Positions 16,078-25,067 of a DNA stretch of 32,000 nt are shown piece by piece. Below the pieces are notes generated by a model. It was not told the origin of the DNA. It ran no database searches and saw only the letters and a list, made by a program, of their open reading frames with translations. Position numbers and translations under genes: made by a program. Origin of the DNA: Candidatus Electrothrix sp. GW3-4 (GTDB lineage: Bacteria > Desulfobacterota > Desulfobulbia > Desulfobulbales > Desulfobulbaceae). The first letter of the stretch is position 1, and every line of letters begins with the position of its first letter. The stretch covers positions 210,001-242,000 of the forward strand of contig NZ_CP147990.1 of assembly GCF_037902255.1 (NCBI RefSeq), read 5' to 3'.

Positions 16078-16310
16078 CCCCAAGGGGCGAAGGATAATCC
16101 CCCTCTGACGCATGATGATCCCCAAGGGGCGAAGGGCAATCCCCCTGTGACGGACAATAATCCCCAAGGGGCGGAAGGCAATCCCCTTGTGACGCACGAT
16201 AATCCCCAAAGGGCGAAGGCTAATCCCCCTGTGACGCATGATGATCCCCAAGGGGCGAAGAGATATCCCCTCGTGACGCATGATGATCCCCAAGGGGTGA
16301 GAGGCTATAC
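16078..16310 (+). repeat. 42-bp tandem repeat array 2 (5 full units plus a degenerate sixth)
   Basis: Units start at 16078, 16120, 16162, 16204, 16246 and 16288, an exact 42-bp register. The unit and orientation match array 1. The ~35-bp 5' flank is also homologous to that of array 1. Confidence 0.9.
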
Positions 16311-16461
16311 GATACCAATACGGACCATTTTTACCCAAAATACGGGCAATTCCCCATGCAGGGTTATCGAATTTACTCAGAAATAGTGCTTTTTCGGCAT
16401 CATCGGTAAACCTCTATCATTTCCATTGCCCGCGAACAAGTTGGAAGCACTTAGTTTTTTC

Positions 16462-16490
16462 TTGACAGGAAAGGGATGTAAAAATATCCT
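16462..16490 (+). promoter_or_regulatory. Sigma-70-like promoter (TTGACA-17 nt-TATCCT) upstream of pseudogene 16527-16846
   Basis: The hexamers and 17-nt spacer are read directly. There is no experimental support. Confidence 0.35.
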
Positions 16491-16526
16491 GTTCTTATTC
16501 TTTAAAAATTTTGCAAGGAGAACTGT

Positions 16527-16846
16527 CTGCCTGAACAAACCTTGATTGAGCAGCTTGCGGTAGTACTGAACGTAGACGTTGTATCTCCGATGGAGGGTGC
16601 TGAAGCCCAGGCCCTCCACAAGGCGTTACCCGGTTATCAGGCTGTTGCCGACGAAGCAGCTCGTTTTATTCAGGAGCATGGAGAAGCCCTTCATCTGGAG
16701 GTCTCGGTCCTTGCTAATCTTATCGTATCCGTAACTTTGCTGAGGCCTATCCAGAGGTTGCCGAGGAAGGAAAATTCCTCCTTGATTTTATGAAGACCTT
16801 TAAGCTGGCAAGGGAAAAGGAGAAGAAGAGCGATGGGGAAAAGTAA
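16527..16846 (+). pseudogene. Decayed paralogue of gene 30416-30874 (start codon lost, internal deletion with frameshift)
   Basis: LPEQTLIEQLAVVLNVDVVSPMEGAEAQALHKALPGYQAVADE aligns with MPEERVTIEQVAELLDVNLTPPLDPSDVQALHKALPGYQAMVDD, with CTG in place of ATG. About 41 codons are then missing. The C-terminal part SYRIRNFAEAYPEVAEEGKFLLDFMKTF continues in another frame and aligns with SSRRIREFKNAYPEIRSQAQYLFDFLKAF. Confidence 0.7.
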
Positions 16847-16996
16847 GGCAAAAGGAATATTCTGCAACGAGGAGATGATGCCCGATTCAGAATCATACGT
16901 CCTGTACGTTTTTTTGGGTTGAGGGTGTATTGTCTGAAAAGTATCACTTCAAGACTTAGCAGCTTTTGACAACTTTTGACAACAAAGGAGTTCACA

Positions 16997-18190
16997 ATGA
17001 AATGCACCATAAAATTTGGCTTCATTATTGTCTTATTCATTTTCTTCTCTAGCATTGTTGTATTAAAAGCATCCCACGCCGCCGAGCCTACGATATTGGC
17101 TGCCTATCAGGCTTGGTTCGGTTTACCCTCCCATCTGCCAGTCTATAATTCCTGTGATCCCGACTTGCTGGCTCAGCAAATTCAAAAAGCCAAAGACATG
17201 GGCATTGATGGCTTTGTCGTGGACTGGTACGGTCCTCAGGCCGGGGTGATCAATGATACAGACAGGGAATTTATAGATCAGGCAACTGCCGTACTTATCG
17301 AGCAGGCAGAGGCAGATAATTTTAAGATTGCCTTGATGTATGATGAAGGGGCCGTTGCCCAGGCTGGCTTGGATGATGAACGCTCTATGGGCCAGGTGCA
17401 GGCTGATCTGGTCTATGCCAAGAAGTATTTTTCTTCCCCTGCTTATCTACACATTCATGGCTATCCTGCTCTGTTTGTCTTTTCCTATGATGAGGTTGAC
17501 CAATATCTTGACTGGGAAACCCTGCGTAGCGAGTTGGGCACGCAACTTACCCTGATCGATAATGATCCCAACCCTGCTGCGCAAGAACGTGATGATATAT
17601 TTGATGGCTTCTATGCCTGGGTGCAGGCCGACTGGCGTCCCAAAGGGAAAGACTGGGGCAAAGGCTATCTGGATTGGTTTTATGGGCAGATGAAAGAGGG
17701 GCGTTATGCCGATAAAATCATGATTGGGGGTGTTTGGCCGGGGTTTGATGACCTGCTTGCCTTCTGGGGTAAGCGTCGTTTTATTCCCCGCCAAAACGGA
17801 CAGGTTTATGCCAAGACCATGGACCTTGCCCAGCAGCATGACGCTGCCATTATTCTCTTAGAAACCTGGAATGATTTTGAGGAAGGGACAGATATCGAAT
17901 TCGGCAGAGACATGATTGTTGATATGGAAGCAGATTATCCAGACTTGCTCGTCAGGTCTTCACCGATTACAGTTGAGTGGGACCCTGCGAGGGGAGAGCT
18001 TGCCGTGCAGGTTTATAAAAATGGAAGATTGATCTATGATCAGCGAAAATCATCAGGCGTTTCCCTCGCCCTTAAACCCAAAGGTGAATATGAGTTGAAG
18101 CTGTGGACATCTGGAACAGATACCCTCTCTCAATGGATAAAAATTCGCAGGAAGGATTTGGAAAAAAGACGTAACAGGACAAGAGGCTGA
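16997..18190 (+). CDS. Secreted putative glycoside hydrolase (GH99/GH71-like TIM-barrel family, tentative)
   Basis: AAGGAG SD lies 6 nt before ATG 16997. The signal peptide is MKCTIKFGFIIVLFIFFSSIVVLKASHA. The motifs GIDGFVVDWYGP and LLETWNDFEEGTDIE resemble endo-mannosidase-like hydrolases. The product call is tentative. Confidence 0.6.
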   Translation: MKCTIKFGFIIVLFIFFSSIVVLKASHAAEPTILAAYQAWFGLPSHLPVYNSCDPDLLAQQIQKAKDMGIDGFVVDWYGPQAGVINDTDREFIDQATAVLIEQAEADNFKIALMYDEGAVAQAGLDDERSMGQVQADLVYAKKYFSSPAYLHIHGYPALFVFSYDEVDQYLDWETLRSELGTQLTLIDNDPNPAAQERDDIFDGFYAWVQADWRPKGKDWGKGYLDWFYGQMKEGRYADKIMIGGVWPGFDDLLAFWGKRRFIPRQNGQVYAKTMDLAQQHDAAIILLETWNDFEEGTDIEFGRDMIVDMEADYPDLLVRSSPITVEWDPARGELAVQVYKNGRLIYDQRKSSGVSLALKPKGEYELKLWTSGTDTLSQWIKIRRKDLEKRRNRTRG

Positions 18191-18220
18191 CGTTGAATTC
18201 TATAAAAAGGAGCAAAGATA

Positions 18221-18442
18221 ATGATCACTACACAAATTCTTGGAGAAATTCATCAGCGACTGCACAGGATTCGGGAAATTTCCGTTGAAATTGAAGAGGT
18301 GCCCAATCTTCTGCCAGATCTTTGGACAATGAAAAAGATCGATAAAAAATGTCAGGAAATTCAAACGCACTGTGATTGGATTGGCTCGCATCTCGGGACT
18401 GGTTCTGGCTGCTCTTCCAGTGGCAGCGGATGGAATGATTAA
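18221..18442 (+). CDS. Small hypothetical protein (73 aa) with a Gly/Ser/Cys-rich tail
   Basis: AGGAG lies 8 nt before ATG 18221. No family was recognised. Confidence 0.4.
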   Translation: MITTQILGEIHQRLHRIREISVEIEEVPNLLPDLWTMKKIDKKCQEIQTHCDWIGSHLGTGSGCSSSGSGWND

Positions 18443-18557
18443 TATATCAGTAGCAAGAGAAGAAACAGGAAGAACGATATCTCGGCAGCTTCAGAGATAA
18501 TAGGACGCTCTACTGCTCTAGAGCGGCAACATCGCCAGTCCAACAAATATCAGGCTC

Positions 18558-19778
18558 ATGCATCTCAAACTCGCCTACCGAAATATTACGGCCTATAAAA
18601 AACGCAGCATCATCACCCTGCTGCTGACCACGGTCACCACTGCCCTGCTGATCTTTGCTACGGCCTGGATGGATGGTTCCCACAAGACGATCCTCAATAA
18701 TGCCGTAGAGGTCTATCCGGGCTATCTCCAGATAACCGGCAAGGACTTCCGGGATACGCCCAGTTTTGATAATCTGATCTTTGATGCCCAGGCGGTCCAT
18801 GATAAGCTTGCCCAACAAGAGGGCATTGCCGCCTTTGGGGCCCGCTTTGAGTCCTTTGTCCTTTATTCAGTAGGAGACAAGGCCGTGGGCGGTATGCTCA
18901 CCGCTATTGAACCGGAAAAGGAGGCCCAGCTCTCCCGCTTGGCTGATTCCCTGGTTAAGGGAGCGTATCTCCAGGCTGGAGATGGCAATAAGGTCTATAT
19001 CGGCAAGGAACTGGCCCGTCGCCTTAAGGTGGATGTGGGCGACACAGTCACCTTTGTCGGCAGCGGGGCTGATTGGTCCTTTGCTGCGGATAACCTCCAG
19101 ATCAAGGGGATCTTTCAGACAGGCCTGTTTGAATTCGATGCCTCTGCTGCCTTTCTGGCCAAGGGCTATTTTGATCAGATCATGGCCTCGACCAATTATG
19201 CCACCCATTTTATTGTTCTTCCCAAGCAAACGGACCAGGCGGAGCCGTTAGCTGCCAGCATCGGCGCAGAGCTGGGGCCGGAATATGAGGTCGCGAGCTG
19301 GAATCAGATCATGGCGGCCTTAGTCACGGCTATGGAGCTGGACTCGGTCTTCGGCTATATCACCCTGGGGATCATCTTTACGGTGATCTTCTTCGTTATC
19401 ATGATCTATACCTTCCTGGCCGTGTTTGCCCGCATTCGTGAGCTGGGGATCTTGCGAGCTATTGGCACCAAACCCAGTGAGATTTTTATCATGCTTCTCC
19501 TGGAGTCCTGCCTGCTGGCCCTGGTCAGTGTACTGCTCGGTGGCTTGATCGGAGGGGGCATAGCCTGGTATTTTGAGGTCAACCCAATCGTCTTTGCCAG
19601 CTTTGAAGAGCAGTTCAAACAGTACGGCATGGCTTCCTCTGCTATGCCCACTGCCTTTGCGCCCCTGGTTATCCTTCGGGACATGGTCGTGATCTTTGTC
19701 CTTTCGGTGCTTTCCACCCTCTATCCCATTCTCAAAGCCAACCGGATGCAACCTGTGGAGGCCATGCACCATGTTTAG
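18558..19778 (+). CDS. ABC transporter permease, FtsX/MacB/LolCE-type
   Basis: The N-terminus is LKLAYRNITAYKKRSIITLL. There is a large periplasmic loop and a C-terminal FtsX-type 3-TM bundle containing RELGILRAIGTKPSEIF. Confidence 0.9.
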   Translation: MHLKLAYRNITAYKKRSIITLLLTTVTTALLIFATAWMDGSHKTILNNAVEVYPGYLQITGKDFRDTPSFDNLIFDAQAVHDKLAQQEGIAAFGARFESFVLYSVGDKAVGGMLTAIEPEKEAQLSRLADSLVKGAYLQAGDGNKVYIGKELARRLKVDVGDTVTFVGSGADWSFAADNLQIKGIFQTGLFEFDASAAFLAKGYFDQIMASTNYATHFIVLPKQTDQAEPLAASIGAELGPEYEVASWNQIMAALVTAMELDSVFGYITLGIIFTVIFFVIMIYTFLAVFARIRELGILRAIGTKPSEIFIMLLLESCLLALVSVLLGGLIGGGIAWYFEVNPIVFASFEEQFKQYGMASSAMPTAFAPLVILRDMVVIFVLSVLSTLYPILKANRMQPVEAMHHV

Positions 19779-20994
19779 CCTGATCCTGAAAATCGCCCGT
19801 GCCTCTCTGGCCCGTCGTGGCTTGCGTTCTCTCTTGGTTGTTCTGATGATTGCCATCAGTCTCTGGGGCCTACTGCTCATGGAAGGGGTCTATGAAGGCA
19901 TGATAGAGCAGATGATTAATAATGCCATCCGCAGCGACAGCGGCCATCTCTCCTTTTTTGCCAAGGGGTACCGCTCAGATCCGGATCTTGCTCTCTTGGT
20001 AGATAAGGTCCCGGCCATCCGGGCTGCCCTGGAGCAGGATCAGCGGCTGCGAAGCTTTGCCCTACGCCTCAAGCAAGATGGCCTGGCAGCAACGGCCCAT
20101 GCCTCACGGGGGGCGGCGATTATCGGTATGGATCTGGAAAAGGAAGAACAGCACGGCCGATTGGCGGAATATCTTTACAAGGGAGAATTCAGCTTTGGTA
20201 AACAAGATAAGGGGATTATTCTTGGCTTTAAGCTGGCTGATACCCTGCGGGTGCGTATTGGCAGCAAGATCATTCTCTCGGCCCAGGACCTGCATGCGGA
20301 GGTCGCCTCTGCCGCCTTCCGGGTGACCGGTATCCTCAAGACCAATAATATGGGCCTGGATGAACGGGCGGTCTTTATTGATCTGGACAGGATGCGCAAG
20401 ATGCTGAGTGTACCGGAAGGCGTAAGTCAGGTTGCGGTGATTGTTCATGACCAGGATCAGCTTGCTGAGGTGCAGGAAGACCTGCATAGCCAATTTCCTG
20501 ATCTGGATATCCTGCGCTGGGACGAGCTCTATCCGGCCCTGATGCAGTCCAAGGTGATCATGAACGGCTTTAATATGGTGATCAGCGGGATGATCTTCTG
20601 TGTGGCAGCCCTGGGGATTTTTGGCGTAATGCTGGTCTCCGTCCTGGAGAGGATTAGGGAATTCGGGATCATGCTGGCCATCGGGACCCGCTTCGGGCTG
20701 ATCCGCAATATCGTTCTGGCTGAGTCTTTCTTTCTCGGCCTGATCGGCTTTCTCTTTGGCAGCCTGATCGGGGGACTCTCTCTCTATTATTTTAAGATTT
20801 ATGGCCTGGATCTCAGCGCCTTCAGCGATGCCTTTGATGAATTTGGCATGGATGCCGTGACCTATGCCATCATCCGTCCGAGTTATTTTCTCACTGCCTT
20901 TGTTGCGGTGCTGCTGGCCACCTTTTTCAGTGTGCTGATTCCTTTGCGGGTATTGAAGAAGTCCAATCCTATTGAGGCGATTAATAAGGTGTGA
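19771..20994 (+). CDS. ABC transporter permease, FtsX/MacB/LolCE-type (second copy)
   Basis: I chose ATG 19771, which overlaps the upstream stop by 8 nt. The sequence has MFSLILKIARASLARRGLRS... and REFGIMLAIGTRFGLI. Confidence 0.9.
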   Translation: MFSLILKIARASLARRGLRSLLVVLMIAISLWGLLLMEGVYEGMIEQMINNAIRSDSGHLSFFAKGYRSDPDLALLVDKVPAIRAALEQDQRLRSFALRLKQDGLAATAHASRGAAIIGMDLEKEEQHGRLAEYLYKGEFSFGKQDKGIILGFKLADTLRVRIGSKIILSAQDLHAEVASAAFRVTGILKTNNMGLDERAVFIDLDRMRKMLSVPEGVSQVAVIVHDQDQLAEVQEDLHSQFPDLDILRWDELYPALMQSKVIMNGFNMVISGMIFCVAALGIFGVMLVSVLERIREFGIMLAIGTRFGLIRNIVLAESFFLGLIGFLFGSLIGGLSLYYFKIYGLDLSAFSDAFDEFGMDAVTYAIIRPSYFLTAFVAVLLATFFSVLIPLRVLKKSNPIEAINKV

Positions 20995-21057
20995 GGCACT
21001 CAAAGGATACGAAGAGAAAAGTATAGAGACGATACGTCTTATCGACAGGAGAGCACT

Positions 21058-21591
21058 ATGCCGAATACAGCCTATTTGGAGCATTATACAGCGGATGATT
21101 ATGCCCGGTGGGAGGGTGATTGGGAATTGATCTACGGTGCGCCGTATGCCATGTCGCCGTCCCCTTCCATCTCTCACCAGCGCGTGGCGAAGCGACTCCT
21201 TGTGCTGCTGGATGCACAGTTGCAGGACTGCCCTTTATGTGAGGTGCTCAGCGAGGTGGACTGGCATTGTGCCGATGACATCATCGTTCGACCGGATATT
21301 GTGGCGGTTTGTGAGGTTGAAGGGGAACAGCTTGTTCAGACTCCTGAGCTGATTATTGAAGTTGTTTCTCCGTCCACGGTTAAGCGGGATGAGCAGATAA
21401 AATTTGCGTTGTATCAGGGGAAAGGGGTGAAAAACTATATCTTGGTTTATCCGCAGGAGCGGAAGATCGTCATCTATCAGTTAACTGGTGGGCGGTATCG
21501 CAAGGTTGGGGACGATAAAATGGAGTCTTTTGATTTCAGGGTGAAAGATTGTGCTGTTAGGCTTGAATTTGAGCGGGTTTGGCGGGTGTGA
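21058..21591 (+). CDS. Uma2-family (DUF820) putative endonuclease
   Basis: AGGAGA SD is present. YTADDYARWEGDWELIYG..., PDIVAV and PELIIEVVSPST..D...K...Y match the Uma2 PD-(D/E)XK pattern. Confidence 0.85.
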   Translation: MPNTAYLEHYTADDYARWEGDWELIYGAPYAMSPSPSISHQRVAKRLLVLLDAQLQDCPLCEVLSEVDWHCADDIIVRPDIVAVCEVEGEQLVQTPELIIEVVSPSTVKRDEQIKFALYQGKGVKNYILVYPQERKIVIYQLTGGRYRKVGDDKMESFDFRVKDCAVRLEFERVWRV

Positions 21592-21720
21592 AATAGAGTG
21601 AGCGTGACCTCAAACTCTGTCCCTGTAAAGTTACTACAAACCATGAGTCATGCTAACAACTTGTTAAATTTTAAGAATCAGCATTATTTTTTATTAGAAG
21701 CAAAACAGTAGGTATGCATA

Positions 21721-22788
21721 ATGACCAAAAGATATATCACTGCTCAGAATGTTTCTGTAGGTAAACAAATTGCCCCCATAAAAATGGTTTATCTTTTTTC
21801 TGCTGATGAATATGAAGAATTTATTGAAGAATGGATAGATACAAAGAAAGATAAATATATAAGGACTGAAAAAAATGCAGGTGCTGGTGATATGGGTAGA
21901 GATATTATTGCTTATATTGAAGACCCTAAAAGTAATCCAGAAAAATACAAATGGGATTGTTATCAGTGCAAACATTACAGTAACCCCCTAGTACCAAGTA
22001 ATATTTGGGTAGAATTCGGAAAAATTCTTTTCTATACATTTAAAAAAGAATATCCAGTCCCTGAAAAATATTACTTTGTCCCCCCGAAAGGTGTTGGTAC
22101 GGCATTATCAGCCCTTCTTAGCAATACATCAAAACTAAAAGTAGAATTGCAAAAAAATTGGGATAAACATTGTAAATACAAAATTACAAAAACTAAAGAT
22201 ATTAAATTGTCTGGAGAATTTTTAAATTATTTTAACAAATTTGATTTTTCAATTTTTGATAAAATTCCCCCAAAGAAAGTAATTGAACAGCATGCAAAAC
22301 ATGAAAATCACCTGTTACGGTTTGGGGGTGGTCTCCCCGAAAGAAAGGTTATCGAAGAAATTCCCAAAGTTGATACAGATAAGGAATTAAGATATATCAA
22401 ACAGCTAACTTTGGCCTACAATTCTGATAGTCAAGATGACATTAAAACAGTTAACGATATAGAAATATATAACAAATATAAGCAACATTTTCACAGGGCA
22501 AGAAAGAGCTTCTATCATGCGGAAGAATTAAGAATTTTCACAAGAGATAACTTGCCAGCTCAAGTTTTTGATGATTTTCAAGAGGAAGTCTTTCAAAGTG
22601 TTGCAAATACGGCAGAAGATGACTTCGAAAATGCCTTTACCAAGGTTAAAACAGTTGAAAACCAAGCAGTAAAAACTCCCATAGAGTCGAACCCACTTAG
22701 AGAAGTATGCAACACTATAGACAAAAAAGGTATATGTCATCAATTGGTTAATAAAGAAATAATTTCATGGATCAACGATAATGAATAA
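21721..22788 (+). CDS. lmuA: Lamassu/ABC-3C effector (LmuA-like): N-terminal Mrr-like PD-(D/E)XK nuclease domain plus a helical C-terminal domain
   Basis: The gene is AT-rich. EEFIEEWI...GAGDMGRDIIAY...KWDCYQCKHY fits the E..D..QxK restriction-endonuclease-fold motif order. It is the first gene of a three-gene overlapping operon that ends in an SMC-like ATPase. Confidence 0.7.
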   Translation: MTKRYITAQNVSVGKQIAPIKMVYLFSADEYEEFIEEWIDTKKDKYIRTEKNAGAGDMGRDIIAYIEDPKSNPEKYKWDCYQCKHYSNPLVPSNIWVEFGKILFYTFKKEYPVPEKYYFVPPKGVGTALSALLSNTSKLKVELQKNWDKHCKYKITKTKDIKLSGEFLNYFNKFDFSIFDKIPPKKVIEQHAKHENHLLRFGGGLPERKVIEEIPKVDTDKELRYIKQLTLAYNSDSQDDIKTVNDIEIYNKYKQHFHRARKSFYHAEELRIFTRDNLPAQVFDDFQEEVFQSVANTAEDDFENAFTKVKTVENQAVKTPIESNPLREVCNTIDKKGICHQLVNKEIISWINDNE

Positions 22789-23266
22789 TAAAATCCATAT
22801 TTTTAATAACGAAATTGAAATAGGGCTAAGAATATTAATAATTTTAAATACCGTTTACCCGCGATCTTTAGATGTTGAACTCCTTAATTACTATGATTAT
22901 TTTTCACTTCATACAGCTGACATTGGAGGTGAAGAAAGTCTTCACCCTCCAGTGCCAAATCGTTTTGGAGAATTATCAGTAAAACGAGAAATACTACAAA
23001 GGAGCTTGGAATTTTTACTTCTTAAAGGATTAATAAATCAATCTTTCACTGAAAATGGGGTAGAATTTATAGCAAGTGAAACAACTTCACCATTTATTGA
23101 TACATTGAACGAAGAATACACATTAAATTTATTAGAAAAAGCAAAATGGGTTTCTGATAAATTCAAGAATTATTCCCCCGAAAAGATAAGAAAGTATATC
23201 AATGTTAATCAAGAAAGATGGGGAAGTGAAATCTCATTTTGTAGCATAGGATGCACAAATGAATGA
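22781..23266 (+). CDS. lmuC: Lamassu/ABC-3C middle component (LmuC-like)
   Basis: The gene overlaps both neighbours by 8 nt (ATGAATAA and ATGAATGA). The 161-aa product contains LDVELLNYYDYFSLHTADIGGEESLHPPVPNRFGELSVKREIL, typical of the middle-component family as I recall it. Confidence 0.65.
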   Translation: MNNKIHIFNNEIEIGLRILIILNTVYPRSLDVELLNYYDYFSLHTADIGGEESLHPPVPNRFGELSVKREILQRSLEFLLLKGLINQSFTENGVEFIASETTSPFIDTLNEEYTLNLLEKAKWVSDKFKNYSPEKIRKYINVNQERWGSEISFCSIGCTNE

Positions 23267-25067
23267 GGTAGGGTTTTTAATAAAAAGATTACGAATAGTT
23301 GGAAAAGGTGTTGAAAGTGCCGAAGTACCATTTACCACAGGGTTAAATGTGATAATCGGTCCATCAGATACAGGAAAGACTTACATCTTCCAATGCTTGG
23401 ATTATATGCTCGGGGCAAGTAAAAAGCCGAAGGGAATTCCTGAAGCAAAAAAATATACTAGCTGTCTACTAGAAATAAAATCATATCAAGGTGACTATTA
23501 CACATTAGAACGAAGCCTTAAGGGTGGAGCATTTAATCTTTATGAAAGTAAAATTGATATTCGTGGCACAGCTAAACCACTAAAAGAGGACAATAAAGGA
23601 AGTAATGAGAGTATTTCAGACTTTTTGTTAAAATTATGCAATATTGATAATAAAAAAGTACGAAAAAATGCAAACGGACTAACGAGAAATTTATATTTTC
23701 AAGATTTAAAACGATATTGTCTAATTGATGAAGAAAGAATTATTGAAGAAAATACACCTGTTCGCAGTAAACAATACACAGAAAAAACATTTGGAGAAAA
23801 TGTTTTTAAATTTTTACTAACAGGTCAGGATGACAGTAGTATTGTTTCACTTTTAACTAAAGATGAAGTAACAAATAAAAAAGGTAAACTGGAATTACTA
23901 GAAGAAATTATTACAGCACTGAAATCAGACCTAAAAGGACAAACAAGCAAGGGTAAACTGGAAGAGCAAATTAAAAAAATAGATGATGCAATTCTTTCAT
24001 TTAAAAAAGATTATTCTTTAACTAAAGATATTTTCAATCGCTACGAAACGGAAAAGAACCAACTTTACAATCAGTTATTGCAAAAAGAATCCCGGATCAA
24101 TACGTTAATTGAGCTTCTCAAGAGGAGCGTGATTCTGGAAAGACAATATGAAAGTGATATTGCTAGACTGAAGGCAACATTTGAAGCGAGTGAATCTATT
24201 GAGAATATAGAAATATTCAATTGTCCTGTATGTAAAAGTGATTTGACGAATCAAGCCACTGTTGATACGGAGTCCATAAGACTGGCTATCAAAAAAGAAA
24301 TTGAGAAAACGATATTATTAAAAAAAGAATTAAAAGAGTCTGTAAAGCTATTTGATAATGAAAGACTATTGTTGATTCACGAGAAGAATAAACTTCAGAG
24401 GAGTTATGACGAATTAATTCGAACTATCGAAAGTGAAGCAAGTGGAAATATCTCTAAAATAGAAAAACAAATAAATTATTTTCTCATAAAAAAGGTTGAA
24501 CTATCAAAAATACAGTCACTATTTATTGAATTAGATGATTTTGAGGATAAAAAGAAAAAGATTGAAGCTATTATTCGAAATAATAAAGAAAAAGGATGTG
24601 AGAACAATTATGAAAAAATTTCAACATCAATTTTGCAGCCATTCACTGAATTAATGTACTCAACCCTCAAAGCCATCAAGTTCGAGAATCTCGGCAAGAG
24701 TGTTGGGTTTTCAGAAGATGATTTGGATTTTGTAATAGCAGGAAAAAACAGAAAAGATTACGGAAAAGGGTACCGTGCTATTCTATACGCTATCTTTACG
24801 ATTACACTTTTAGAATTCCTAAAAAACAAACCATACAAAATAGGTTTCATCCTCATTGATTCACCATTAAATCCATACAAACCCGATGAATCGACAGAAG
24901 GCAAAATATCAAGAAATTTAGCCAACAATTGCTACAAATATTTACATGAAAGCACGAACGATCAACAGGTTATTATTATAGAAAATACAGAACCTCCAAA
25001 ATGCCTTGAGGAAGAGATTAATTTTATTAAATTTAGCAAAGAAAATGGCTTTATACCTAAACAATAG
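23259..25067 (+). CDS. lmuB: Lamassu/ABC-3C SMC/Rad50-like ABC ATPase (LmuB-like, DUF3732-type)
   Basis: Walker A is GLNVIIGPSDTGKTYIFQCLDYMLG. There is a long Lys/Glu-rich coiled-coil insert with CPVCKS (a zinc-hook-like CxxC). The C-terminus has GFILIDSPL (Walker B) and QVIIIENTEP. Confidence 0.8.
   Translation: MNEVGFLIKRLRIVGKGVESAEVPFTTGLNVIIGPSDTGKTYIFQCLDYMLGASKKPKGIPEAKKYTSCLLEIKSYQGDYYTLERSLKGGAFNLYESKIDIRGTAKPLKEDNKGSNESISDFLLKLCNIDNKKVRKNANGLTRNLYFQDLKRYCLIDEERIIEENTPVRSKQYTEKTFGENVFKFLLTGQDDSSIVSLLTKDEVTNKKGKLELLEEIITALKSDLKGQTSKGKLEEQIKKIDDAILSFKKDYSLTKDIFNRYETEKNQLYNQLLQKESRINTLIELLKRSVILERQYESDIARLKATFEASESIENIEIFNCPVCKSDLTNQATVDTESIRLAIKKEIEKTILLKKELKESVKLFDNERLLLIHEKNKLQRSYDELIRTIESEASGNISKIEKQINYFLIKKVELSKIQSLFIELDDFEDKKKKIEAIIRNNKEKGCENNYEKISTSILQPFTELMYSTLKAIKFENLGKSVGFSEDDLDFVIAGKNRKDYGKGYRAILYAIFTITLLEFLKNKPYKIGFILIDSPLNPYKPDESTEGKISRNLANNCYKYLHESTNDQQVIIIENTEPPKCLEEEINFIKFSKENGFIPKQ

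Noticed and set aside
16078-16310. CRISPR array interpretation of the 42-bp periodic repeats.
   Set aside because: The whole 42-bp unit is conserved from copy to copy. There are no unique spacers, and no cas genes or leader-type structure are present in the window.
20104-21177. A 357-aa minus-strand ORF antisense to the second permease gene and the Uma2 start.
   Set aside because: It overlaps two confidently called plus-strand genes and has low-complexity, His/Pro/Gln-rich composition with no motif.
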